Below are positions 37,701-52,600 of a DNA stretch of 64,000 nucleotides, piece after piece. The position numbers were made by a program, and so were the translations under genes. Numbering within the stretch: position 1 is the stretch's first letter; the number at the start of each line of letters is the position of its first letter. The notes below the pieces were generated by a model, which ran no database searches, was not told the DNA's origin, and was given only the letters and a program-made list of their open reading frames with translations. Origin of the DNA: Lama glama (Eukaryota); contig CM052817.1 in NCBI GenBank assembly GCA_028534125.1, positions 36,334,001 through 36,398,000 of the forward strand, given 5' to 3'.

Positions 37701-40613
37701 ATGTAAACAATATAAGATATACATAAAAGCTCTCCGGGGTCCTCTCTTAATTTTTAAGAGAGTCTTAAAACATAAAAGTTTGAGAAATGTTAATACATAT
37801 TTAATGATCTTTACCTTTACTGAGTTTATGTATATTTGGTTTATTAAGTCTTCTTATGCATAAGCTTTCAATGTTTTCAGTTAAAAAAAATTATCTCCTC
37901 CTTTCTAAACCTCTCGATATTTTTTTCCTTATAAGTATAGTTAGTATATTGGTTAATAATGGGATTCTGGAGCCAGACTGCCTATATTCAAATCATGGTT
38001 CTGTCACTATGGGGTCTGGGGCAAGCTACCTCACTTGTCTGCGTTTCAGTTTCCTAATCTGTAAAACAGGAATAATAGGATCATACTCCTGTTCTCATTC
38101 TTTTAAAAATCTCCACAGTATTCCACTGTGTAAATATACCATACTAATTCCCTTACTGAGGAACTAGACAGTCTATATACTAAAAACTAATACATGCGCA
38201 TCAGTGTTACATAGATCTTTGCGTGATTCTGTGTTTCTGAGTGGGAAATGTCTAAAGGTCAAAGGAGCAAACGTGTTTTGATGCTAAGTACAGTAGTCCT
38301 CCCTTATCCACAGTTTTGCTTTATGCCGTTCCAAGGAGCAGGATGAAATCTCAGGCCCTCCCGCTCTGTCTGTCCGGTACGTGAGTCATCCCTTTCTCCA
38401 GCAGATCCCTAGTCACCTAGAAGCTGTCTTGTGACCCCTGCAGCATCGCAGTGCTTGTGTTCAAGTGACCCTTATTTTACTTAATATTGGGCCCAAAGCG
38501 CAAGAGCAGTGATGCTGGCAATTCAGATATGCCAGAGCGAAGCATGAAGGGTAGCAATTCAGATATGCCAGAGGGAAGCATGAAGGGTATCCTTTAAGTG
38601 AAAAGGTAGGAGTTCTTGAGTTAATAAGGAAAGGAAAGAAAAAAAAAATCATACGCTGAGATTGCTAGGACCTCCAGTAAGAAAAGAATCTTCCATCTGT
38701 GAAACTGAAGAAAGAAAAAGAAACTCATGCTGTTGCGCCTCAGTTGTAAAAGTTACAGGCAAGGTGCATGACAAGTGCTCAGTTAGGATGGAAAAGGCAT
38801 TAGGTTTGTACAATAAGGTATTTGGAGAGAGAGAGAGACCACATTCACATAACTTTTATTACACTGTATTGTTATAATTGTTCTACTTCATTGTTAGTCA
38901 TTGTTAATCTCATACTGTGCTGATAGTATACACTAAGTTTTATCATAGTTACGTTATGTCTAGAGGAAAACATGGTGGATACAGGGTTCAACACTACCCA
39001 TGGTCTCAGGCATCCACTGGGGGTGCTAAAACACATCTCCCACAGGTAAGGGGGTACCGCTGTATAGCCACCCTGCGCGCTGAAAACAAGTTACCAGTTT
39101 ACACTTCCACTCACAATTCCTCAAATTAGAGGGTTCCCACACCCTTGCTGACATGACCATCACCAGTATTTCCAACCACTGTCAATTGGAAATGCATATT
39201 AGCCTCTTATTTTAATATGCATTCCACGATCACTAGTGAGATTGACCATCTTTTATTTTATGAGCCATTTCTATTGCTTCTTCTGCGAGTTGCCTTCTTG
39301 TATACTCTGACAACGTTTCTTACAGGAACGCTTTACAGAGTAGGGATATTAACCCTTTCTATTACGTGTTACCAATATATTTTCAAGGTGGTGGCTTGTC
39401 TTTTAGCTTAGAAGTAAGTTTTCATTTTAAAGGTGATGATGTGAAACAACTTTTAAAATAAACGCCACTTGCAGGCTTTGCACCAAAGTGTAACTTGTGC
39501 TCTGTCACGACTGTCTCTACACAAATAAAGTCCAAAGGTTAATGCAAGCAGTGAGGACTAATACAAAAAACCAACTTTTCTTAATTTTAGAAAGTCAAAT
39601 TCTTATCTAACAATTCTTGCCAAAGTTAAAACTGGTTTAAAGTATCTAGAATGCTACTGTTGAATGTGAAAACACTACAGGTGTGTGTGTGTGTTTAAAT
39701 ATTTATCTAAATATATGTTATACAGAGTTCTGAAAAAAACAGTTATGTTAACTTACTTTCCCAAAACAGGACTGAGTTCTTTCAAGTCTTCTAATGATGG
39801 TGTTTGGTCCAAAAGTTTCTTAAACAGAGCCAGTGGGAAAGGGATGTTGGCAACATTGCAATTGAACAGACAAAGTCCACACAGAACCCCAAAGAAGAAG
39901 TAACTCTTCTTCTCAAATAGAGGCTGAAAAGAAAAAAAAAAACTTAATATACTATGAATTTTTAGCAGTACAATGGAGTATTTATATTAAGTAAACCTTT
40001 TCACAAAATCAAATCACAAATTAAAACCAAAAAATTTGAGGTAAGAATATTTAGAGTTTATATTCAATCAGTAAGTCAGTTTAAATCCTTGCCACAGTTT
40101 TGGTTACTAAATGCATTAACAGGATGGGGTGAGGGTATAGGAGAGCTGCTGCTGAGTAGAAAAAAACTGCAATGAGTAGCAAATTAGTTCTAGAAATCAA
40201 ATGCACAGTAGAGTGAAGAGGGACAACAATACCCTATCACAGTCATCAAACTTGCCGAGATACCAGACCTTAATCATTCCAACCACTAAAAATAAACAAG
40301 TGATGTGACAGAGGTGTTAATTATCACTAAAATGGAAACCATATGATAATATAAATGTATCAAATCAACATGTTATACAACTTAAATTTATATAATCTTA
40401 TAAGTCAAATATATTTCAATAAAAAATAAAAGTATTAACAGGAATACAAACACATGAGGCTCGTAGTCCTTATAAACTGAAGGTTTCATAATTTCTTTTC
40501 ATAGCCTTTGTCTTTAAATTCATTGGGGCAAAACAGAACTAAAAGAATGAATGCCTGAGAAAGGAAGGGTTCATTTTAATCTACACATTGTATAAATGGT
40601 CAAACACACACAC

Positions 40614-40645
<32 letters not shown>

Positions 40646-43600
40646 GGCTTAAGTTCTCCATGTGGACATGGAAACTCAGGGAGAGGTCTGCATGTTAGAG
40701 AAAATAACACATTTTTAGAATTAAAATTTATCTCCATAATTATATCACTAATTCCTCTCCTATTTATATAAAACAGTCTACAGAACCTAATTTTCTATGG
40801 TGCATGATATGCCTTTTCTGTCAGGAAACAGCATAAGCAAAGAGAAAGAGGACTTACCTTGACAGGAAACCACATGCAGGAAGCCTCTTCAGGATATGTG
40901 AACAAGCCATACTCTGGTCTGGTCATTTCTTTAAACAGACAGTGGAAAAACTCTGCCCTGACGCCTCCAAAGTCATATCCAATTTCTCCACTAAATGAAA
41001 CCTAAGGAAACAGAGTAAATGATGCATCACTTGCAGAACTCTGTATTGCTGTATTCAATCTCATTTAATAATTATTTGTGGACCCAAGTGTTTGGTAGGC
41101 ACTGTGGTAAGCAAGTTACTCATGTTACATTTAATTCTCCTATTAATCCTATGAGGGTGGGGAGGCTTCAAGAACTTGACCAACTTTCCCAAGGTTACAC
41201 AGCTGCTAAGACTTAATCCTCTGTCTGCCAAACACAAGAGTCTGATGTCTTTATATCAACTTGACCTCAACTGGCATCATTTTTATAGTCATAAGCTATA
41301 TTAAGCATAAAGAAATCATAAATGTTAAGATTTTCAAAAAACAGAAAAACCAAAGCACGCATAAAGCACTTACTGGCTTGGCTGTTGATTCCATGAGAAG
41401 GCAGCCTCTCACCTGTTGACACCAATCCCTTCTCAAGATAATTCTCTCATAACCCATCTCTGCTCCTTTAATTACTCGCTCTCTTCCTTCCTGCCTTCCT
41501 TCCTGGAATCCTTCACATCAGTTTACAAATGTGTTAATAAGCCCTCCCTTATTCTTACAAGAAAAAAAAATCTCAACACCATTGTTTCCAATACAGACAA
41601 TACTGGCTTCCTCTCCTCTAACACCAACGTCCGAACCCTTTTCTCTACTTACAAATGCTTCTCTCCATGGGGACCAGGAGCCTGGGACTCCCCACCGCCA
41701 GAGACTTTTTCTCATGCCCCATCTCCTTGATTTCACCAACTCATTTTCCACTGCTGGTCACCTCCTCTTTCCTCACACTCTTTTCCCCCTGCCTTCTCTC
41801 ATGAAGCACTGTTGAGGTTTTTGTTTCTCTCTTCTTTCTCGTGCTGCTTTAGTACCAGAAATCCCTGCAGCTCTGTGCCCGCACTGCTGTCCTCTCTCTG
41901 CTCTCTCCACGAATGCTCATTTTTTCTTTAAATTTCATTCATCACGTGCACAGGTTTAACCCTCCTATCCATTCTGTCTTCTCTCCTGACTGACACAGGC
42001 TCATTCCAAAGGCCTGCTCAGCGTTTCCATCTGGAATATTCCGACAGCACTCCCGAAAGCTCTTTTTACTGGGTTATTTGGATTGAAAGCCTCTTCTACT
42101 TTGCAGAGGTGCAAGTTTCAAACCTCAGTGAGTTATTTAAAATCTTTATCATAAGACCAAGCGTCAAACCCTTACCCTGCCCCTTCATTTGGGCAAGCTC
42201 TTTAATCTCACAAAGCCTCAGTTTTCTCACAAGATCATCAGAAAGATTAAATGGGGTAACACAGGTAAAATGCTTCACATAGTCTAGAAAATGGTAACTG
42301 CTTATCAAATGTTACCTAAATTTTTTAAGTGAATGAATGAAATATAAAAGTGGAACTAAAATAACTGAGTGGACTGGCTGGCTGACAAAGGTTAGAATCA
42401 CTTAATGAGTTCATTAGATTTTTAAATTATGTATGTGCAAAAATATGTGGAAATGCCAACTCTAACTGTAAACCTCAGTGCAACATACTTTTAGCTTTAG
42501 TCAAGTCAATCATTCTTTAACCTGAACAGGACAGGTGATAAACTAATGCTTCCCATTACACACTCTAATAAATGTTACCAGTAAGGTCTTTACTGGTCTT
42601 GATTAAGTGCAAAGTCTAGAGCCTGAGAGCTGGGCCCAAATCCTGGCTCTGATACTTATCAGTTGTGTCACCCTGGGATAAGAAACCTAACAGTTCTGTA
42701 CCTCAGTTTCCCCATCTGTAAAAAGAGGTAAAAACAGAACCTTCTACAGTGTGGTTGAAAGAGTTATACAAGTAGGTGTAAAACATTTACTATAGTTCCT
42801 GGCGCAAGGAAGACATTCATTAGGTCCTCCAGTCATTACTGTTATTCTGTGTCAAATATCCATTAGTAAGACAGCTTAGATAGTAATTAAACCAAAGACC
42901 ATTAATGAATGTTCAGGACATGGGGATTATCTACAATTATACCCTCAAAATACTACAAAGTCAGTAAGGTTCTTTCTTCGACAAAGCAATCTGGGTTCCG
43001 GCACGAGAGCAGAAACAAACCCTCAGTTCTCCTTTGTGTCATCCACGTCACTGGAACCCTTAAAAGGTGGTGATCAGCCAGGCCTCAGGAGGGACTGGAC
43101 CTCAGGGCTAGTGGTGGGCGAGCTACCTGGCCAGGCTGGGGGAGCACAACCGTTTCACCTGCTCCTCCTCAGTCAGCGCGTACTGAGTGCCTCCAGCTCT
43201 CACCTGGAATTCACAGGCACCTGGGGAATTAGGGGACCTCCAACACGGACACCCCAGCAGAAAACGGAGCCAATTCCCCTCTGTAAGGCCCACTGCTACA
43301 TTCTTTTACGTTTTCCTTCTCCCAGCAGCAAAAATGTTAAGTGGGAATTGTACTTTACCAGTAACTCCCTCCTCAGATCTTCATTCTCGTACTGATTTAG
43401 CTGATTCAAAGCATCCTCAATCAAGTGATTCCTTCTCACTGTTAGGTTAAAGGTGGGCAGCAAGGCCAGTGGGGACCCTTCTCGTTCCATAACGCCAGCC
43501 AACCTCATACACATGCGTAATTTCTTCTCCTGGGAAAAGAGAAACATTTCACTTCATTTCACCATTTGCTCTAAGTAGAAATTTACAAAGTGGAATAAAC

Positions 43601-46600
43601 TGGTTCAGTTTATTTTAAGCACATGTCACAAACATTTATGAAAAGGGCCCTATATACACCACTGGAGATACACTATATATTCAATATCCCCCACCCCGCC
43701 ACCTCCCAGCAAACAGAAGAAACACGGGACCTGGGGAATGAAAAGCTCTGTGGAGCCAACTTGGGTGAGCAGGATGGTGACCAACTGCAGACCCCACTGG
43801 ATCACTTTATCCCGTAGACACAACTACGACCACTTCAGTCATCATCAGTCACTATGCACATCAGTGGCCTTGAGACTATTAGTGAACAATGAAGCAGAGC
43901 CTGACACTAACACACTCATCAGGAAGAGAAGCCGAGAAGTTTAGAAAAGCAGCCGACTGCAGGGAAGTGCAGAAGGAGAGGCCTCTCTAAAGATATTCTT
44001 TGCTAGGAGGAAAACCCAGACAAGAGATTTCAGGGGACAGATAATCTAGGAAGTTAATATGAGACAGAGAGACACACAAACTGTCTATCTGAAAACAAAT
44101 GGCAATTTGGAATCATTTGTATCTCTTAGCAAAATAAGGAGCAATCAAATTCTACAAAATAATTACTGGAAGCTTGTTTAAAATCAGGAGAGAATAGTTA
44201 TAAGAGTTGAAGCAAGATAGAGTTCTTGTATCTTTTTTCCTTCCATTGTCCTTTGTTAAATATTTCATTAATGGTCATACTTAGAACTCATCAATTTCCT
44301 ATTTTGTTTTATTATGGTAACTGCACTATGTGAAAATGCCTACTTTTATTACATCTATTTGAATATTATCCGTGCATATCTACATGAAAAGAGAGTGAAG
44401 TGATAACAAGAGCTAAGACTGTTGGGCACTTACTTTGTACGAGGCACTGATCTAAATGCGTTACCTATGTAACAAATTTAATCCTTACAACAATGTGTTG
44501 AGATCCATTTCCTGAGGCATTTTTAACTGTCCAACCTTAAGTTCAAAACCACTTTGCAGGATAAGCTGACAAACAGAACTAACTCAGATGATGACAGTAA
44601 GCACACCCAAAAGGAAACACTTTTTACGAACATTTATTGTGGCACCGTCACAGAGCACCAGACATTTATTTGGGTCTGAGTTTCAAGAATCTTCTGTCAC
44701 CTCTATTCCCACTACTGTGTTTTCCCACTAGATTGGACCTCCTTAAATACTGGTGCTAATTCCAATGAGCCCAGGTCTGCTGTTCCTCTCTGAGCACCAT
44801 TCACAAGACTACAGGCACCAACCTCAAGGGAAAAGCCCTACAACCAGACCAGCTGCCCAAGCTCTGCCCTTTGCTACTGAAGCCCAAGTACGCCTCAAGG
44901 CCAACCCAAATTATGACAGTCGCTCTTACCTTCTTCATTAGAGTACAAGTTCCATGATGGCTATGACCATTGGTTTCACCAGTGGGTGGCTCCCTTAATA
45001 CCCGCCAAATACTATACCCTGAAAAAGGTCCTTGTCATTTGACTTGCTAATGAAGACAAAGAAATAGGGCATGCATACCTGTATTTTTAAAAGTGAGTCT
45101 GCATACAGTAGTTTAATTTTCGACAGAATGTTAAAGATAAATGGAAAATGACTGAATATGACAGGAGACTGGATGTCTACTGAAGTGTCCTAAAAATGGA
45201 AATGACAACAGTTCTGATAAATGAAAGGACAGAGAAATCTTAATGCTTTACCTCTTAGCCTCAAATCCCTGATGGTTTAAGGTCTTAGTACCTATAGCCA
45301 AGGCAACCCAAAATGCTGGTCAGCAGTACTGATACAGATAAAATTCTAAGAAAATGTTTTCTGTGTATCAATGAATGGTATATAAACAGTATGTTCAGTG
45401 CTCATTTAATTCAGCCATTAATTATAAACTCTGGACACCTTCCCAAAGAGCCTGCTCTGCTGCCACCTGCACTTGTGAAATGTGAGTTAGTTCAGATGCA
45501 TTTGGTCAACAGGGAATGGAATCATTAGTAGATAGCTGGTTAGCTCATACGTGATTTTTGTCAGGCAAACATTGATGTGCTAGGAGGAGAATTACAACCT
45601 TCAGAGAAAAGAAATTTTAAAATCTCAGGTTAGCTGCTGAACTGGCATCAACAGCCCTTTAGCTTTATTTTAAGAAAATAAAAGTACTTACATCCAGGCA
45701 ACCCTCCCCAAAGCTACAGCCTCCCTTATACTGCTGGCTCCTGGTGAGTCACCCTGCCTCCTATGCCCACCTGTAGAGCGGAGCTCCACTCCCAGCTGTG
45801 TTTCTCAGGATCACCCATCACTGCTTAGACCTCGGACAGATGGCTACCCTTCGGTTTTTGTGCGTTTTTCATCTCCTCGTGGCACTCTCCATGGGTTGCT
45901 TGCCTGGTTGGTCCAAGCTATCCCTCCCAGTGGCAACCACTTTTCTCTCAATGCTCTGGCTACAAAACTGCACAGGTTTTGAGGGGCCTCCCCTGCTTTT
46001 CTCCTAAGCCCTGCTATTTCTATTGGGCAATTCTGCAGACTGCAAAAATTGGGGGGAACTCTTGTGCAAAGTTATAGCACAAATGCCTATATTTTTTCTT
46101 TTTTTTAACTGAAGTATAGTTGATTTACAATGTCATAAATGCTGTGTTAACTCACTGATGGTCAATACCCCCTTTAGATATATCATACTTACTGAGTTCA
46201 TTTTCCAAGATGACCTTTTACATGCGTCTCCATAAAAATCAAGCCAGTGCGTGAGTTCATTTACTTTGAAGATATTTTCAGGCAATTGATATTTAGTCTG
46301 GTTTACCTTAAATAAAATAGGACCTGTGAGAAAGTTCTATATATAAAGACAATTTTGCTTAATGGCTATAAGACTATCAGAATAAATAGCAAATTAAATA
46401 CACTTTTAATGACCAGAATTAATAAGTTCTATTCAATTTCTCCACCACCAAAGCCCCAAACTTTCAGAAACATAGAGAATACCTAAGATTTAATAGTAGA
46501 AATTGATGGTATGATGATAAACTTCTAGTTACTTTTAATTCCTAGAGAAGTTTTAAAGAAACTTAAGTCCAAAGAAAATTAACAGTGTACTATGAATCCA

Positions 46601-49600
46601 AACTACTCTGGGGCCCGATATTTCATGCCGTGTTCTTCAGAGCTTAACGATGTACCATTTATAGATGTTTCCCTGGCAAGGCACATTTGGAACATTCCAC
46701 CCCTAAACTGTGGGGGAATTTCCCAGCCTTCCAACCCCAAGATGAGGAGGGCTTTTATGACATGCATGGAATGAACACCCTGGCACCATGCTAATCATCA
46801 GTCAGTGAAGACACTGATAAAGATACTGGATGCTCTGGACATGAGTAACCATCAGTATCTGGCCTGGTGGGCACGGCTCTGACCTAAATGACTCATTCTC
46901 TGGAGGTCTTCTGAAGACCCCTCTTGGCTGTGTAAGACCATTCATCTGGAATATTCTTTCGGACTCTGGCCCAGACCCCAATGATCCAGGCCTCATAGGA
47001 CTGCATGGGGAAGCTGTTTCACTCCTCTGACTATGGTCCTCTGGACCCTGCTGATCTCAGCCTTGAACTGCAAACAAACTTAGTATCCCCAGAGTCATTA
47101 AGAAAGAGGGTGCTTCATCTTCATGTATTCTTCTTGAAATGGGGGGGGACCTGACAAATATTCTAATGTCGCCTATTAGAGTCAAAGGACAAAAGAGGAC
47201 CCCTTCAAGACTTCTTTTGTTGCTGGTTCAGTATTTCTAGGAATTCTCTTCGTAAGTGGCAAGCTCATTACAATACACTTTCCCTGAGTTCTTCAGTAAA
47301 TTTCTCAATTTTTCAATACCTGAATTATCTTTTGATTAATCTGTCATTTTTGTACAAAACGTTTAAAGATAGCCAAGAGCAGGCATCACTTTTTAGCAGT
47401 AGGGCAGACTTTTTTTTTTTTTAAGAAGTATGATGGATCAGGCACTTTGATTCACTGGAAACAACCACAAATATGGGATACACTGTAAACCAACATTTTT
47501 TGGTGCAATACTGATTTTGTAAGTAGATATTTAATAACTAAGTTGAAAGTTAAATAGTTAAAAACTAAGTAAAAGTGGCCTTGAGAGTATTTGCCAAACC
47601 TGGTGAACTTGAGCTTCCGTTTCCAATAGCTGGGGCTTTCAGGAAAGGAGACAAAGCTCAGTTTCTGCTCAAGTAAGGGAACCTCACTTCGTCAATCTGG
47701 GACCCAAAAGGGCTAAACCATCAGAGAGAAACTAGAAATGAACAAGCTCTTTCCTTCACTCCTGCATCAACCCGTCTCCACCTCGACTCCAAGACCCTGA
47801 GGCAAACTGTACTTACAATGGTGCTGAGTTGGGAAAAAAATGTCGCCTACAGGATAATTACAAAAGTGCTCTCCGGAAAATTCACACTTCAGATTCATAC
47901 CACCTGGAGATCTAAAATGCTTCAAGCCAAAGTTTTAATCTTTCAATTAAATGCTAATCTTTAAATTAAAGACTAATTTAATAGTACCAAACTGGTGGTG
48001 TCTCCCAGCAGCCTGACAGAAGCAATTCTCCCTGAAGAGACCCAGCCCTGAAAGAATTCCAAAAGATAGAAGTTCCAAGGAAAATGAGCAGCACACAAGC
48101 GCTCACAAACGCACGCACGCACATGCAGAGTCACAAAACATATGATAATGAAGGAGCAGTGAGCAAGAGTCAGCAGAAACAAGACAGCAGAAACAAAAGA
48201 CAGCAAAACGGACCAGCAAAGCCTTCCTGCCCTGTGTCTATGATGTAAAGGTCCTTGCTCTGGCCTTCCTCCAGCCAAACCCCTTCCCAAAAGGGGTCTG
48301 CAGAGTCAAGGAGACCTGTCTACATGCAGCCCACACATCCCCTTCGAGACTGAGCTCCAGAACCCAAGACCTGGAAATCCCTACCCAGATGTCTCCAAGT
48401 CAGCTCCAGGACCTGCACAGGCCTCCCTCTGGGGAGCAGCCATGTCATAGGTGAGCGCACCCCAAGGCTCAAAGATTGGCTAAGGGGCGGCTGTTGCAGG
48501 AGGTGGGGACAGAACAAAGACACATGGACTGAGGTGCCCACAACTGAGCACGTGATGCCCCTGGTGTAGGATAAAACCAAGGCAGGAAAAGAAGGGCAGT
48601 GCAGCTGAGCCTCAGCATTCAGTGCAGGACTCTGTAAAGACTCAAGATTTCTAAATTCAAACCTAGTCTCCTTTGTCATTAGGAAGGTTTATTTGTCAAG
48701 GTGGAAGGATAACATATTTCATTTCATTCAACAGGCTGTCAGCTAGATTTCTAACCTTTAGACATGTAGTTTATGGGCCTCTGTTTGTACTCTTCCTCTG
48801 GTCCTGGCTATCATCTGTTAGAAGACTATCTAGGGCAGCTTCTGGGGCCAAATCAGGCCCTCCGCTTATTTGTAAAGTCTTACCGGACACAGCCATGCCC
48901 ATTCATTTTCATGTACTACCCTGAGTGCAACAGCAGTGCTTGGTGGCAGAAACCACGTGCCTCACAAAGCCTGAAACATTTACCATCTGGTCCTTTCCAA
49001 AAAGAAGCCCTGCTGATCCCTGATTTAGGGTGGTAATTAAAAACCTTAAAGGGAAAAAAAGGTTTAAAACAAAACGCATGGAGTAAAGATTATAAAGGAA
49101 TGGACTGACAAATTCATATTAAAATTAAGAACGTGAGTTCATCAAAAAATACCAAGACAAGCTACAGACTGGGACTTGATATTTGCAACACATACAACTG
49201 ACAAAGGACTAGTATTCAAAATAAAAAGAACTCCTATAATTGATTAAAAAGAAGCTGAATACATTTAAATTGGGCAAAAGGACAGGCATTTTACAGAAGA
49301 GGAAATAAGCACTACAATTACAAACATGAAAATATGCTCTAATGCATTAGAACCAGGGAAATACAAATAAATTATAATTTGGCACCATTTCAATAATGGT
49401 ACCAAAAATATTTTCCAAATTTTAAAGTCAGAGATGGAGCAATAGAATTCTCATCATCTCCTGGAGAGGATTTCAACTGGTCCAACCACTTTGGAAGACA
49501 GTTAGTCACTACCAATAAAGAACAACACAGGCATATCCTCCAACCCATCAGTCCTAAAATTAGGTATGGGAATTAAAAACTAACTCTTGACATGTGAACA

Positions 49601-52600
49601 CCAAGAGATACGTACAGAAATGCTGACAGCAGCATGTTTTCTCATAGAGGAAGCCTCCCCTAAAAAAGAATCGCAAACAGCACATACTGTACATCCATCC
49701 GTACTGGAATGGATAATTGTGGTAGATTCACACTGTGGACTAGGACACAGACGTGAAAACGAAATAAACACAGGCGTAAGTATTAATGTGGATGAATCTA
49801 TAACAACAAAATGTTGTGTAAGCAGCATGTATTCCATTCATATTGTATTTTGAAAACAGCAAAATTAAACAGCACAGTACCTAGAGACATATAAAGTCAT
49901 AAAATAATAGAGAAGCACAAGGAAATGATTCACCCAAAATCCAGGACCCAGCGACCTCCAGGAGGTGAGGGGATACAACCTGTGAGAGGACGTTTTCTTT
50001 TTTAACGTGGGTGCTAATCACACTGATACTTGTTTTACCACTTTTCTTTAAACCATACATAGCTACTATACACAATCCTTTATATGCATGACTTAATTCA
50101 CAAAAACCACAATTTTAAAAATAGTGATATAAACTTAAATGTTTTATAAGCGTCTGCTTAAGATTCAAGCCAGGTGAAATCAAGGAAAATAAAGATATAT
50201 GGGTTTCTAAAAGAACCCTTACCCTGTGCAGCTTTTTTAACATTTCTAGCAGAGCTTTAATGTGACAGTTATTCTCAGCACTTCCGTTCCAATAATGCAG
50301 CTGAGCAACGATGGCGTTTTTAAACATCTGGACCAGTGTGATGAAAGCAGATTCTTGCAGAGAAGCCCAATATTCCTCTGAGGGATACAAAGGTAAACAA
50401 TTGTTAGCATGTAATGTCTCTTGGATTCTTAAAGGTAAAAAGTGGTCAATATTTTCTAAAACTGATAGAATATTTTCATATATATCATAGTTAAAAAGGC
50501 ATATCCATAATGAAATTTTCAGTGAATACAACTGCAATTAAAAGTTTAGAATTTAATGTCCTTGAAAAAATTCCTTAACAGTAATAGAACCACAAACTTG
50601 GTCTAATTAATTCACGGAGGGGAAAACAGTGACAAAATTAGTCACTTTCTTTGCCTGGATGAAATAGCATATGGTATTAAAAGCCAGATTAAGAACTGCT
50701 TGTGATTACATGACTCTTTTTCCGCACTCCCACCATGAGTTTCTAACTCTTAAAAACCGTATTTCCAACTCTTAAAAACCATATTTCCGGGGGAGGGTAT
50801 AGCTCAGTGGTAGAGCACATGCTTAGCATACACGAGGTCCTGGGTTCAACCCCCGGTATCTCCATTAGAAAAAAAAATTTTTTTTTAAATTTATAAACCG
50901 TATTTCAGCATTGTAAAAAAACAAAAACTGCTTTAAACTAGCTTTTAATCACTTACACTGTTATCTAAACTTAATAAAACATAAGAAAGAATGGACTTCC
51001 TTGGGCTCAATATGCTATTTGTGTAAAAAAAAAAATCTCTTATTAAAATCTAATCAAGCCTCTAGACCCATCTTCCAGTGTTGGAAATACCTGGAAAGGG
51101 GGAAACAGACAGACAAATCTAGATGTGGGACACTGTACAGGACAACTGACCTGGGCTCTTTTTTTTTTTTTAAAAAGAAGGCTGTAATATACTTTTGAGG
51201 ACAAGTGCAGAAATTTGAATATGGCCTAGATATTAGGTAATATTTCTGAATAATGGCTAATTTCATTAGATGTGATAACAATGTCATGGAATGCATGCAT
51301 AATTACTGTGGGTGAAATGTCATGATGTCTCCAAATCACTTTCAAATAATTCAGCCAAAATAAAACCTGTAATATCTGTAATCTGTACAGAGAGAGGAAG
51401 GACACACACATAACAGCAATGTTAACTGCTGCTGACTCTCAGGCAGAGAATGTCTGAGATCCACTGTACTTGTCTTTCAACGTCTGTACATGAAGTTCTT
51501 CCTAATGAAAAGCAGGGGACAAAGAACCTCATGACCAAGCCACACATGTATCATTTCAAGAACACTAAAAAGGTACTAGCACAATCTACCTTGGATGACC
51601 ACAGTAACCATTACAGCATGTTCAGAATATGCTAAGAACATGAACTACAAAGCATGAATGTGTTTGCAATTATCTACCTAAGCTTTGCCGTTACTTTACT
51701 CGGCCTGCGTTTCCACTGAGGACAGTCATGTATATTCAAATGTAAATCAACAGTCTTACCCAGAACCCGTGATGACTGGTCACTCATTTTCCAAACAGCT
51801 TCAGCAAATGGAACCACCAGGCTCTCCCAGTTGTTATAATCATGCATCACGGGACATTCTGGGAGAAGGAAGAAAACTGCTAAAGCTTCTTGGTGTGGAG
51901 AATGAAATGGAAGACTTTTGATCAGATTTTCCCTGAGACACGTGGTTATCTGTGGTCAAAAAGGATCAGGGAAAAGACGCTCAAAACACAGCAGGAACTG
52001 GGTGCAACTTACTGTAATAAAATGAAGTGTAGAACCTGGACTTTTCATCCCACCCATGAAATTGGAACAGCCATTTAGACTTTCTAAAACCCTTGTTTAC
52101 AGCCCATCCTACCCAGCCTCCCAAATACCTAAGGTGTAGATATGTGACAAGTATTTTCCCATCTAATTATTGGGGTCCATGAAGGAAATCAAGAAATCAC
52201 ATGTGCAAGATTCTGTTGGATGAAAAACAGATTCAGAACTAAAAGCAGCCCTACACATTCTACCCTCCAATTCCACTCTCACACCCCAATTTTTAAAGAG
52301 GAAAAATGTGTCAGAACCCAAAAAAGCACAATATAAAAATCAAAACCAAACAAAAAGCAACAATGAAAACTAACATGGTTTCCTATTATCTTCTCACAGA
52401 ATCAGCTGTCTCGTCACAGACTCTCTCCACCGAACCCTAGTTTCCAGCCCTTCCACTCTCCTTATAGTTTCCCCAATTCAAAATGCAAGTGTTCACGAAA
52501 AAAAATTCAAATGGAATTCTGAATTTGTATTTGTTACGTGGGCTCAGATAACTAATAATTTGCCTAAAAGCCCACTGAGATAAGCTAGTGTTTACACAGC

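Noticed and set aside
50789..50864. tRNA-Ala(AGC) gene
   Set aside because: Has A and B boxes and an AGC anticodon, but also an A-tail, a target-site duplication, stem mismatches and a related copy at 17975-18154; it is a SINE
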